Source: Cyanophora paradoxa CCMP329 (lineage: Eukaryota > Plantae > Glaucophyta). From it: a stretch of DNA of 64,000 nucleotides. A program made the translations under genes and the position numbers. The notes beneath the pieces are model-generated. The model did no database searches, was not told the origin of the DNA, and saw nothing but the letters and a program-made list of their open reading frames with translations. The stretch lies in contig QPMI01000106.1 of the NCBI GenBank assembly GCA_004431415.1, positions 287,182-351,181 on the forward strand, given 5' to 3'. Shown here one piece after another: positions 46,753 to 58,531 of the stretch (position 1 is its first letter; each line of letters begins with the position of its first letter).

Positions 46753-47483
46753 GGCCTCAAAATATCCCTTCGCGATCGGTGCACGCTCGCGTGATTACGG
46801 CGCGTACGGCCGGCCGGCGCCGGCGCCGCCCGCTCCGGGCCCCGCGCGGGGCCGGCGCGCGCGGCGGCGCCTTCAATTGAAGCTATAGCTACGCTTAACC
46901 TTAAGCTTGGCTATATTGAGTCTCTAATTTGAGAGTCGTAAATAACATGGGATTCGACTAGACTAGCTATCCAACTAGCTATAGATCTAGAGCAGCGTAT
47001 TCGAATCAAGTGCATGCGCACAAGCTGTACACAGGCACCCTTGAAACTGCAAAACCTAGCAGCAGCTGCAGATGAAAGCTGTGAAAACTAGCAGCATGAA
47101 TGAATTTGAATGATCAAACTGCTATTTATGGTTCGAAAAACTGAGTAGGTCCTAAGAAAGGGAAGGCGGCGAATAAAATACACATGCTGTACACACATGT
47201 GCACATCATTGAAAGCTGCGAAAACTAGCAACGCTAGCACGGCCATTTGAATTTGAATCATCAAGAAAAAGCTGCGAACACTAGCAGCCAGATACGATCG
47301 GGGGACGGCATGCGCAGGGAACTGAATGCATATGCCCAGGAACTACGGAAGCAAGCACTCGACGCTAGAGATCCTGAAAGCACGTCCTTAAGGAAATTCA
47401 GCCGAGATCTAGAAAAGCGACCACTAAAACAGGTGGAGACGGTTAGGGCCGAAAACGCCCCGCGGCCCTGCGCATGCGGGCCG

Positions 47484-49989
47484 CTACTCGTTGCGAGTGG
47501 CGAGGGGCTTCGGGGCCGACCGCGGGCGCCCCGCCTTGCCGCCGGCGGGGGCGGAAGCGGGGGCCGGAGCCCGCCCGCCGCCGGCCTCAGCGTTCTCCTG
47601 GCCTCCGGCGGCGCGCGGCCCGCCCGCCGCGGACGCTGCCGCCCCCGCCGCGCGGCCGCGGGCTGCGCCGCGGAGCCGCTGCTGGCCGACGCAGGCTCGT
47701 CGCGCTTGCGCTTCTTCGAGGCCTTGGCGACCGCGTCGCCGAGCGAACTGAGCGGGCCGAGCGCGGCGGAGGCGGCGGCCGCGAGGGCGGCCAAGTCGGC
47801 CTCCTGCTCCGCGCTGGCCGCCTCGAGCTCGGCCACGCGGGCGCGCAGGCGCGCGGCCTCCGCCCGCGACGCCTGAGTGGCACGGTGGTGAGGATCCGGA
47901 GCGGCGCGGCGCATTCGCGAGGCGGGAAGGCGTAGGCCGGGCGGGCGGACCTCGAGCTCCTTGCGGATCCGAGCCGCGGACCTCTCTGCCGCCTCCTTCG
48001 CGGCCCTGGCCCCGCTCGCGTCGATCACGGAGCGGCCCACGACGGTCGCCGCGCGACAGAGCGCCTGCAAACGGGCGTGAGGCGCTGGCGCTGGTGCGAA
48101 AGCCAGCGAGACGCGGGCCGCGCACCTCCCGCAGCAGCGCTTCGGGCTTCGACTGAAGCTGCAGCCCCGCGAGACGCGCCAGTTGCTCCTCGGCCGGGGG
48201 CGGGCCGGCTGCTGGGCCCGACGACCCGCTCGGACCTGCGGCCTGCGAGCGCAAGGCGCCTTTGAATTCAGCCGGGACTCTGGCAAGGAGGCAAGTGGCG
48301 GGGGCAAGGGGGACGCGCACGATCGCGAGAGGTCCAGATTTGAAGCGCTCGCAGAAGGAAACGCTGTGCCAGCCGCAGAAGGATCCCGGCTTCCTGACAT
48401 CCGCGGAGAGGCCTGGCCGGGCAGCCTGTATAAAGGATGCCAAGCCGACAGCGTCCGATGGCAGGGTCGGAAATCGATCCCAGCCGGCGCCTCTAAATCT
48501 CTTCCAAGGAAACTTCACATGCAGAGATAGGCGGTATACGTAGGAACCTCGCCAGCGGGCGGCCGCAAGCCCCGCTGCAAGGGCGTTCAGCGCAGCGGCG
48601 CCGCCGTCGGAGGCCTTGGAGAGCTGCGACCAGGGAATCAGCCGGCGGTGGGTGAGAGGTGGCAAAGGGGGGCGCACATCGAGGTGAAGGTCGAGAGTGT
48701 GGAGCTTCTCTAGGGCGCCCAGGCCCACGAGCAGGTCACCCGACGCGTCGTCGGCCTGCCGGAAGGGAGTCAGAGAAGCGAAAAACGCGCGATGCGAAAA
48801 GGTCGAGGCATTCCATCATTGCCAGCTCCTCGAGGTTGCGGAAGCGGAGGATAGAGCTCGAGGTGAGCTGACAAAGGCGCAGCTGTCGCGATCGGGCTCC
48901 AAGAAGGCGCAGCTCCCGGACAGTGTCAGCCTTCAGGCTTGCGAGCGCTTCCTCCAGGCCATCTGCATTCATCGAGCGAACAACGACGCGCAGGTCCTCC
49001 AGTGGCAGCACCGACAGCTCCCGCAGTGCAGAGCCGTCAAGCACAGCGCAGCGAATCTTCTTCAAGAGCGGCCAGATTTCAGCGAGCTTCGACTGCGGGG
49101 GAGGATTCAAGTCATGATCAGATCGAGAATGAGACAATTGCGACAAGCTTGAGAGCACTCGGCCCTGTTAACGTTTAACACATGGACTCGCCTAGGCATA
49201 CCGTCTCATTTGCACGTAAAAAGAAGCTTGCGATGAAGTCGTCTCGAACGGCAAGCGTTAGCTCGCGCAAATGCGGGAGGCTGCCCGGCACAGCTGCAGC
49301 GAGTAATGCGCTGAAGACGGCATGATCGTTCACGTGCAGCGACGAAACGGACGCCGGAGGAAGCGCTGCCAGGACTGGGCGAGCGACATCCTGCAGAGTC
49401 CGCGGCGCGACGATCCGCAGCGCGCGTTGTTCCGCGACGCTGGGCCAGCTACTAGGGAATAAAACTCGACCTCCAGCGAAGCTGACGTACTTCAGCGCCA
49501 GAGACGCCCTTGATAGTTCCCCCAGAAGCTCTGCAAATTTAAACAGGAAGCAAATAAACAGGAATCAAACGCGTAATATTAATGGCCCCATAAGCTTCGA
49601 AGCGAAGTGAAAAGCGCACGCGTAATGGCTCCGAAGACACCCAAGACTTTACCCACGATATGAGCCGTGGACTTCCAGACACTGACCGCTGGGCTGACGA
49701 TGAGACGCTGAGAACCGGCCAGCTCCTTGCTGCGAACGCGGGCTGCAAACCGATCTAGAAGCGCTTTGTAATCTCCCAGCTCATAACTGACATTCAAATC
49801 TTCGCTGTCGCAGCTGCGGCACTCAAAACTGGGCTGCAGCTTCAACTCCTTGAAGTGCACGTCCGGGACGAGCCGCCGAAAGCGCCGATCGACCGAACGC
49901 AGCTGGTTCTTCTCGAACGCTTCGCCCGCCTCGAGTTCGCTGAGAATCCGCTGCACGAGCTCGTCTGGCAGCCGGGCGAAGTAATTCAT
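47484..49989 (-). CDS. Multi-exon F-box / LRR-like protein with C-terminal coiled-coil and basic NLS-like motif
   Basis: N-terminal FARLPDELVQRILSEL...LRSVDRRFRRLV is an F-box. LRR-like LPHLRELTL, FRNLEELAM and LEKLHTLDLHL. In-phase GT-AG introns. Tail RARVAELEAASAEQEADL...SKKRKRDE. The 3' end is approximate (a homopolymer frameshift is possible). Confidence 0.75.
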
Positions 49990-50182
49990 CTCGCCTGTTT
50001 CCGTGGCACCCGCGGCACTGGCCTGCGCTCGTCGACGTCAGCTAGCTCAAGCTAGCTCAGCTCAGCTCAAGCAGGAAGCGCTAGCTCAAGCAGGAATATT
50101 GTTTTGCAAAAGTGGACGTCGCATTGATACACCACGGCACATGTATCAATGCTAGCTCAAGCAGGAAGCGCGAGCGGGACCC

Positions 50183-50817
50183 GCTTGTCGCACCGGTCGT
50201 CAGCGACACATCAGCTGAACGTTAGTCGTAGGACGCGATCGTGGGCGGAACGTCCACAGTTTTAATTTCCGCCCCCGCCAAACTGTTTACGTAATGAGAT
50301 CGAATTAGCACTTCGAACGAGGCCCAGGCCCAGCACGCGACCGGGAAATGCTTTCAAGCGAGAAAAGAGCACGCACAAGGGCGCTGGATCCGTCGCTGGA
50401 TCCGGAAGAAACCCGCTCCGTACGCGTCCGTTGACGAAGCCCAGGCGAGACCAGCGAGCAGCCTGCGGAAGCGAAACCATGCATATGAGCGAGCGCTCCA
50501 GAGCACAATCGTTAAGCGCCTCGTGCGTACGTTCCGCTCCTTGGCCGAGTTCACGCCGATCGCGCGAGGCGTGGGCGAACCTGGCGAAATCGACCTGGAA
50601 AGGGAGCACCTGTGCGATAAAACGGTAAGAAAGCGCTCCGAGTTCCAAAAAGCGAGGTGGTTCTTGCGAACGCGCCGCTCCCTCGCTGGCGCCGAACAGC
50701 GTTCGGGCTTGCAGATCGCTCTCCCGACGGCCCCCACGCTCGCTGCGCCTCCGAGAACGCGGAGGATGCGCTCAGACCGCTCTGCGATCTCGCTGGTCGC
50801 CTGCTCGCCTCGCCCGC
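50183..50817 (-). promoter_or_regulatory. Partial copy of the shared 5' leader module directly upstream of the F-box gene
   Basis: Homologous to 24996-25600 and in the same orientation as the F-box gene. The last donor (GT at 50193) is retained, and AG acceptors lie just upstream of ATG 49989. Confidence 0.6.
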
Positions 50818-52618
50818 CTGCACAAGTCGCGCCGGCTCCTGTACCCGTACCCCGCGGCCGGGACTGCTGCGACTGCAGCCGACTGCTGTCCGACTGCAAG
50901 CGAAAACCAGATCTAGAGCTTGATCATGATATCGATTGAGGCGCGGCAATCCTTCTCGCGTCCTTCTCGCGCTGATCGGCGGCAAGACTCCCGGCCGCGG
51001 CAAGCGCGCAGCTGCAGCGCCCGCGCTTCCCTCCGCCCTAAAGTGCGGCTCCCTGCAAGTGCGCAGCTCTTCGAGTTCTCTTCAGCACGCGTTTTGCGGC
51101 GACGATCGAGGATTGGGGGGCGCGAGGCGCCGGCGCTTCCCTCCGCCCTCGGCCATCTCTATAGCAGCTGAACAGCCGTTCGCTTCAAGGCTTCAAGATT
51201 TGGAGGCCGCGGCCGGCGCGCGGCGCGGCGCATGGTCGATGTCGATATCGATGTGAGCGCGGGCCGGACGCCATGGCCAGCAGCGCAGCACGGTCATGAT
51301 CAGATCGGCGAGGGACAACACCAGACCCAGACGAGAGGCTAGGGAGCATCGGGGACGGCCGATCGGAAGCGTCCAGCTGCAGATCTAGACGTCGACGCGT
51401 ACGCCGGCGCGCGCGCGCTGACGCGCGCTGAAGCTGCGATCGATCTATCATGCTCGAGTGGAAGCTTGATGGGCTGGCCATGCATATGGGTGCGCGCTTC
51501 CTCCACGCTAGCGCTCCGCGGCCGGACCTGGTACAGGCGCAACGCCCGCGGATTAAGTCTTCACACGCTCGCCCGCCCTTCGCTTCTCGAGCTCATCTAG
51601 ATCGCGTTCCCATAGCGCCGCGGACTCGGGAGGCTGCGCCGCGAGCAGCACGACCGCGCCCTCCTGCGGGAGTTTGCCCCCCGCTGGCCCACCGCTCCCT
51701 CCCGCCGTGCGCCCCGCCCCCGCCCGCCCCTCGCTTCTCGCCCCCCCACGCTCCCTCCCTCCCTCCCCCCCCCCCCCCCCTTCCCTCCCTCTCCTCCCCC
51801 TCTCCCCCCTCCCTCTCCCCCCCTGCTCACCCCCACCCCCTCTCCCCCATCATCCCCCGCATGCGGTGATCTCCTCCGCGGGAGAATGCCGCCACTCTTC
51901 CCTTCTCCCTGCCCTGCAGGACCTGTACCCCCGCAGGCGTTCCCCCCCTCTCCCCATACGCTGCGAAAGGTCTGAAGGCGACAGGCTTGAGACTCTGAGA
52001 GCTCCTTGCCAAACTAAATTAAATGTCCTAGCTAGCTCCCCATCAGCGGCTCCCTTAACCTTCCCGATTTGTTTGCCACAGTGTGTCAAAGAAATCAAGA
52101 CCTTTCAAAGCTCCATTTTTGTGCAGATTTCACGTCAAATTCATCCGATGATCACTGTTATTATAATCTACAACTAACAAAGGGTTGAACGTACGGACTG
52201 TGCAGGCTCGGCGGACAGAATCGAAGGTACCGGATCAAAACGAGAGGCGCATGGGACCCAAGGGTAGGGGTCGAGCTCGAGCGGAAGTAGAGAATGAAAC
52301 CTACCATAACGAGTACATGGGAAAGAAACCAAAACAAAGGCGCGATTAATAAACATGGCACGGCGGTCATCTGGCGAGATGATGAGGATGGTTGATGCAT
52401 CATACCTACGGATCGAGCGGCTAAACGCAGGCGGGGCGGGCGGGGCACATAACTTAAGACTAGGCGCGGAGCTACGGGAACGAAGAGGGCGGCGCGAGGG
52501 AGGCGAGAGGGCTCGGAGGCGGCGCAGCGCTGCCCAGCGGCGAGGCCGGCGCTACAGCTACCAGAAGGAGGAAGGAGAGGGCGGGCGGGCGGGCGGGCGG
52601 GCGGGGGAACGGGGGGCG

Positions 52619-55087
52619 CTATCGGACGGTGCGGGGCCGGCGGGGGAACTCCATCGAGGCCCGCGCGGCGCCGAGCCCGTCCGTCAAGAGCGAGGCCGGC
52701 TGCGCCGCGTCCGCCACGAGGTCGGGCCCGTTGCCGGACATTGCGGGAGAGGTCTTGGGCGCGACCAGGGGCGGCAGGCGCGACCCGAGGGCGAGGGCGA
52801 GGGCGCCGGCGCCGTCGGCGTCGGCGTCGCCGGGCGGCTGCGGCCAGACGGGCGCCGCCCCGATCGCCCCGCTGAACGAGGCCCGCAGCGCGCTGTACCG
52901 CATCGCGTTCATGTACTTGCGCTCGGCCGGCGGCCGCGCGGTGCGGGCGGTGCGGGCCGTGCGGGCCGTGCGGGGCGTGAGGCCGTTCATGCGGCGGTGC
53001 CGGTGGCGGACGATGAGCGCCGCGGCGACGCCGGCGATGAGGACGGCGCCCACGGCGGCGCCCGTCGCGCCGGCGATGATGGCCACGGCGCCCGTGCTGA
53101 GGCCGCCGGCGCCGCCGCCGCCGCCCTGGCCCTGCTTGGGCGCCGACCCCAGGACGTCCACCAACGCCTTCACCTCCCACTTCCACTCCGTGAAGAGCTT
53201 GCGGCTGTCCGTCGCCGAGCCGCCGGTTACGGGCGTGTCCTGGCGCAGCTCGCGCCGCCCGCTGCCGGCCGCCGAGGGCGCCGGCGCGGCGAGCAGGCGC
53301 GCAGCGAACTGGTACGAGACCTGGTAGGCGGCCTGGGGGAGGAGGGCGCGCCGGAGGACGACGGCGATGCGGGTGGCCTGGCCGCCGGCGCCGGCGCCGT
53401 CGGCCGGGGCGAACTGGGCGACCCCGTGCGTGTCGTCCGCCGCGAGCGCCGCGGGCGAGCGGACGATGCCGCCGGCCGTCCCGTCCGCGCTCCGCGCGAC
53501 GCGGAGGACCGTCTCGCCCACGCCGGCCGAGGTCGAGCTGATCACCACGCGCGTGAGCTCGATTTGGAGCTGCCGTGCGCAGTCAGTCAGCTTTCATGAT
53601 CAGCCTATTTAGAGCAGAGCATCGGAAAAGGCCCCAAGACGGACCGAGGTGGAGTAGGAGGCGGACTGGAGGGACGCGACGTGCTCGAAGCTGACGATCT
53701 GGGGGGTGACCAGCCAGCCCGCCGTGTCCGCCGGTCGAAGCGACACCGGCGCGTTCGACACGCGCTCTTGCTGCGGGGGGCGTCGGAGGGGAAGAGAAGG
53801 GGGGAGGGAAAGGGGGGTACACGCACGTCGGCCTGCTGGGAGGTGGACGCCTCGGACTCGAAAGTCACGGAGGCCTCCATGAGGTTCTTGTCGATCTGGG
53901 AGGGGGGTACGTGATGAGAGAAAGGACAGGGGTACAGGAGGGGTACGGGGCGCACTGTGATGGGGTAGATGTCGTACCGGATGCTGCGGCTCCGCTGGTC
54001 CGATCCCTGCGACGCAGAACGAGTCAGACCCAGCCTCAGATCAGACCAGATCAGATCAGATCAGAGCTGAGCCGAGGGGCGCACGGTCTGGGAGACGTTG
54101 ACGTGGGCGTAGAAGCGGAACTTGGTGGCGGAGACGCGCCGCATGCAGACGCCGAGGATCAGATCGATCTCGTCGAAGGACCAGGCCTTGAAGATGTCCT
54201 TCTCCGCGTTCCCGTACGCGATCGCCCTGTAGCAGTGGTCCAGGAACGCGCCCGTCCGCCCCGAGGCGCCAAGCGGCCCCGTAGGGTTCGTAGCCTTGTA
54301 CCGCTCGAGGTCGGAGGGCTGCCCCGGGGCGGAGGAGGCGCGCCCGGCGCCCTCGTCGAAGCTGCTCTCCATGATGAGGCCCACCTCGGCCCGCACGCCG
54401 GGGCCCCAGTCCGTGTAGGGCCGGTACCCCCCGCTCCCGCTCGTCTTCTGGTTCACCCTGCGCGTGCCGCGCGCGGCCGGCGCGTCAGTGGCGGGCGGGC
54501 GAGAACGGACCGGAGCAAGCAACGCCACAAACTAAAAACCTCTAGTCGATACCCATCTAAGATAGGTATTCATCTACGACTTCCAACAGATATCCATCTC
54601 AGGGACCTGGCCCCCGGCGCGGGCGTGGCGGGCGGGCGCGGAGGGCGGTCCGTCTCAAGTTCTTAGCTCTTAAGTAAAGATTCGACATAAGTGCGGACCG
54701 GACGCGGAGGGTGACGCGGGCGGGCGGTCCATCTTAGGATCTTAGGATCTTCAGCTCTTAAGCTCTTAAGCTCTTTAAGTTCTTAGCTCTTAAGTTGAAG
54801 TTTTGACAGAAGTGCGGACCGGACGCGGAGGGTGATGCGGGCGTCGTTGACGAAGGGGACGACCTCGGTGCCGACGTCGCTCGGGTTCAGCAGCCGGAGC
54901 TCCGAGGACACCGGGCTGCCGGGCGGGCGGGGCGGGAGGGCGGGCGGGCGCAGTCAGAACAGAACAGACTGGCCGGCCGGGCTTCCGGGCGGGCTGCCGG
55001 GCGGGCGGGGGGGTCGACGTCGTCGTCGGCGGACCTGCAGGCGATCCGCCCGATGTCCGCCGCCACCCCCGTCGCGAAGATCTGCGG

Positions 55088-55125
<38 letters not shown>

Positions 55126-57277
55126 AAGGGGCGGCGAGAGAGCTCAGCCGGGGCCCCTCTCGCGAAAGCTTTGGGCGCGCGCGCCTTTGGCTCTCGGTAG
55201 GCCGCCACGGACGACCCCCGGTTCGACCGCGAGGCTGCCCCGCCCGGGGCTCGGCGGGGGTACGAGCAGAGAGGGCGGGGGTTGGGGGTACAGCGCACGA
55301 TCGTACTTGTCGTCACCGCACTCGCCAACGGCCCACAGGATCAGCGGTGCGCCGTCCGCCGACACGGTACCCCTGCGCCGGCCGGCCGGACCCCCGGCGC
55401 GGTCAGACGGGGGAGGAGGCGCGCGGCGAGGAAGCGCGCGGGGGCCGGGGGCGCACAGGATGGGGTCGGCGGCGAGCAGAGGGTCGAGCAGGTCGATGCG
55501 GCGCGAGACGGGCTCCGCAAAGGCAGGCGCCGCCCCGCCCGCCTGAGTCGCCCCGCCCACCCAGAAGTACCGCTGCCGAGCGCCGTGAGCTAGGGGGGGG
55601 GAGCGGGCGGGGGTACGGCGCACGTCGTACTGGAGCATGGTCCAGAGCTCGAGGGGGCCGGCGGCGAGCTTGCGGGGCGCGTTGTGCATCGACGAGGCCG
55701 CGTCGTCGAGGGGGATCTGAAAGGGGGGTAAGGGGGCGCGGAGGGGGGGATACAACGGCCTCCGTGCGCACGGAGAGGCCGGAGGAGGCGAGGGCGGCCT
55801 GGATGGAGGCGGGGCAGGCGAGGAGGCCTGCCTGGGCCGAGCCCGTGCACAGCGCCGCCGCCTCGGCCGTCGTCAGCGCGAAGATCCGCACCACGCTCCC
55901 TGCGAACGAAGTCATATGAGGGAAGTCGAGGGGGGGAAGAAGAGGAGGGGAAGGAGGGCGCACGGGAGGCGGGGGGCAGGACGCCCACGAACTGGATGGA
56001 GTCACCCGTGCCGGAGGCGCCGACGACGCTCGCGGCGTTGAGCTCGGACGACTCGTCGGCCTGCGCGCGCGGGGAGCGGCCGGGACGGTGGGCTGATAGC
56101 CGGTGAGGAGCTAGCTAGCTAGCAGGGCGCACGAGGCTGGAGGCGAGGGGGAGGGAGAGGAGGAGGGCGGGCGAGTTGCCCGAAGGGACGTCCCCCTCGT
56201 ACGAGCCGGCGACCTGCGCCGCCGTCCGCTCCGTCGCCCACACGCGCACGTCTGCGGCGGGCGCGGCCTCAGCGGCGGCGGCGGCGGCGGCGGCCGCGGG
56301 CGCGGAGCCGCGGACGGACCCGCGAGGCGGGCGCCGGCGAGGAGGGGGAGGGTGGAGAGGGCCCCGGCGCCGAGGAGGCCCCAGGGCGGGCCACGGGGGT
56401 ACGGGGGGGCAAGCGAACTCCTCCCGCTGCGTCCCGTTGAGGAACAGGCGGCAGGTCGCCTGAGACGCGGTCCGGCCGGTGGCCGACACGGTCACCGCCA
56501 CGTGGTGCCACGCCCCCGCCTGCCGGCCGGCCGTGAGGCGGGCCCGGGGCGCGCGCGGGCGAGCGAGGGCGTCCGCGGGGGCGGGGCCCGCGCACAGAGA
56601 GCGGCGTGGCGAAGTCGAGAACCGACTCCTGATTCGCGCGAAAGTTGTTCCCAAACGTCAGAAAGGACCCTGCGGGCGCGGGCGCGCGCGGATCGGGAGG
56701 GCGTGTGAGAACCATCCGACGGATGGCGCGCCTGCGCCGGCACATTCGCACCTGCTGATGTGGACGACCGGAAAGAGAGGTAGACCGCATAGGGCGGCGC
56801 GCTGTTGGATTCGGTGCGCTCGCTTGCCGCGGCGTGCATCTCGAACAGGCGGTAGGTGCCATTCAAGGGAGCGTCAAATGCGATCCTGCGGGCCGCGCGC
56901 AGGGCGGAGGGCTCAGAAAAGCATCTCCAACAGCCCCCACCCCACGCCGCACACCAGAGCTCAGCCGTGAATGCATCGCCTGTCTGAGTTGGCTTCTGCA
57001 GGCGCAAGAATCCGTTCGCGGGACTGGGGAAGCTCGCCGCTGCGCTCGGTCGCTCACAACAGTATCAGCGATGCCCCCCCTCATCATACACACCGTAGCC
57101 GCGCGGCGGGAGGCCCGCCAGTGCGGGATACGGGCCCACGACCCCCCCGGCTGACGCGCGCTGGGCCAGTGCCACGAGTAGCTGGAGGAGCACGAACGCT
57201 GCCGGCACTCCTAACAACGCTCTTTGCGGTGCTGCCGGGCTCCAGGCGCGCCGATTCGCGTGGGATCGTCGCGGCAT
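52619..57277 (-). CDS. Multi-exon type-I membrane protein: signal peptide, LamG/concanavalin-A-like domain, conserved extracellular domain, TM helix
   Basis: Hydrophobic leader AAFVLLQLLVALAQRASA. LamG-like FTAELW, AWHHVAVTV...RLFLNG and DVRVWATERTAAQV. Blocks SDLERYK, KFRFYAHVNVSQ and IRYDIYPIT are shared with the neighbouring gene. TM GAVAIIAGATGAAVGAVLIAGVAAALIV followed by RHRHRR. Stop at 52619. Confidence 0.75.
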
Positions 57278-58531
57278 GGCTCCGAAGTCGACGAACGCGG
57301 CCCCGCGGGGCCGGGCAGCCGGTGCCGTCCAGCAGCCGCCGTCCGGGCTCACACACTCTGCTCCGATCCCTGCACCTGCTTCCTTCCTGCTTCCTGCCTC
57401 CCTGCTTCCGATGAAGGCTGGAGAAGGCGTTCACGCGGGGGTACGCGCGCAACGTCTGCGTACATGTTCTCCGAAATCCGGATCCGGATTTCTAGGCCGG
57501 ATCCCGATGCTGCGCATGCGCAGCCTTCGAACAGTCCAGCCGGTGATCATGATTCGGCGCGAGTTCGGAGATAAGGCTGAAGAAGACCACTGCGAACACA
57601 CGATTCGGAAGCTCCGGCCTGGAAAAAAATAGCCAAAACAGTAACAAAAAAGCAGAACATGAAGCCGTTGTGACGGTCGTAATTGAGTTTTGGCGTCCCC
57701 CGAATATTCCAGATCAGCATGATCGCCAAGTTGACGCCAACCAGAATCGCTATAGAAACCTCCAGATCTTTTTCGAAAGCCTGATCATGACGAGAAGCTC
57801 CCGTCCTCTGGACCGCTCATGTTCATCCTCCGAGCGGAGCTTTTATTATATGCGTTTTAAATTTAAAGCTTCTGTTTGTGAAATAAAAATTAATCGCTTC
57901 GTCCGAATGGAATATATACGTACACACGTCAAACTTAAAGGATAAATTTCTACACGCGCAACGATATGTAGAAATAAAATTGCAATGCGCCCTCTCCTGC
58001 TGGGTACGCAAGTCGGTGACGAGAAGCCTATAGCTTGCGCAGGGCCGCAGGCTAGCTAGCGATCGGAGGATTCGGAGCGCTGGATGTCTGCAACTTGGTA
58101 AGTTAGCTGCAGCAGCTCGCCGGTGCGCGCCAACTCGGGCTCGCCGTTAAGTCGGACGCCTACGGTCCTAGCTAGACTCCTAGTGCTTCGCGGCGACATC
58201 AGCAGGGAATCGCCGGGGATCCTCCGATCCAGGCCTGCGTTGGTGGTCTAGCTAGTTCTTTCCGGCCGAGTCGTCAGCAGCAGCAGCACGAGCTCGAGTG
58301 GCGGAGTCGGCGCGCGTCAAAACAGCAGCAGCGCGGCGTGCGGTCAGACTCCCCCGTCGCACGCATGGTGCGCGCCGCAGACCCCAAAAATTTTGAACGC
58401 GCCCTGGGGTTTGCGTTTCACCGCTCTCGGAGGCCTAGGGTTCAACTTCTAGGCCGCGGACGCGGGGTCTGACGGCCCGGGCGCCCGGCGCGGCTCCGTC
58501 CGCTGACGTCTCTGGCGCGCAGTCCGGCACC

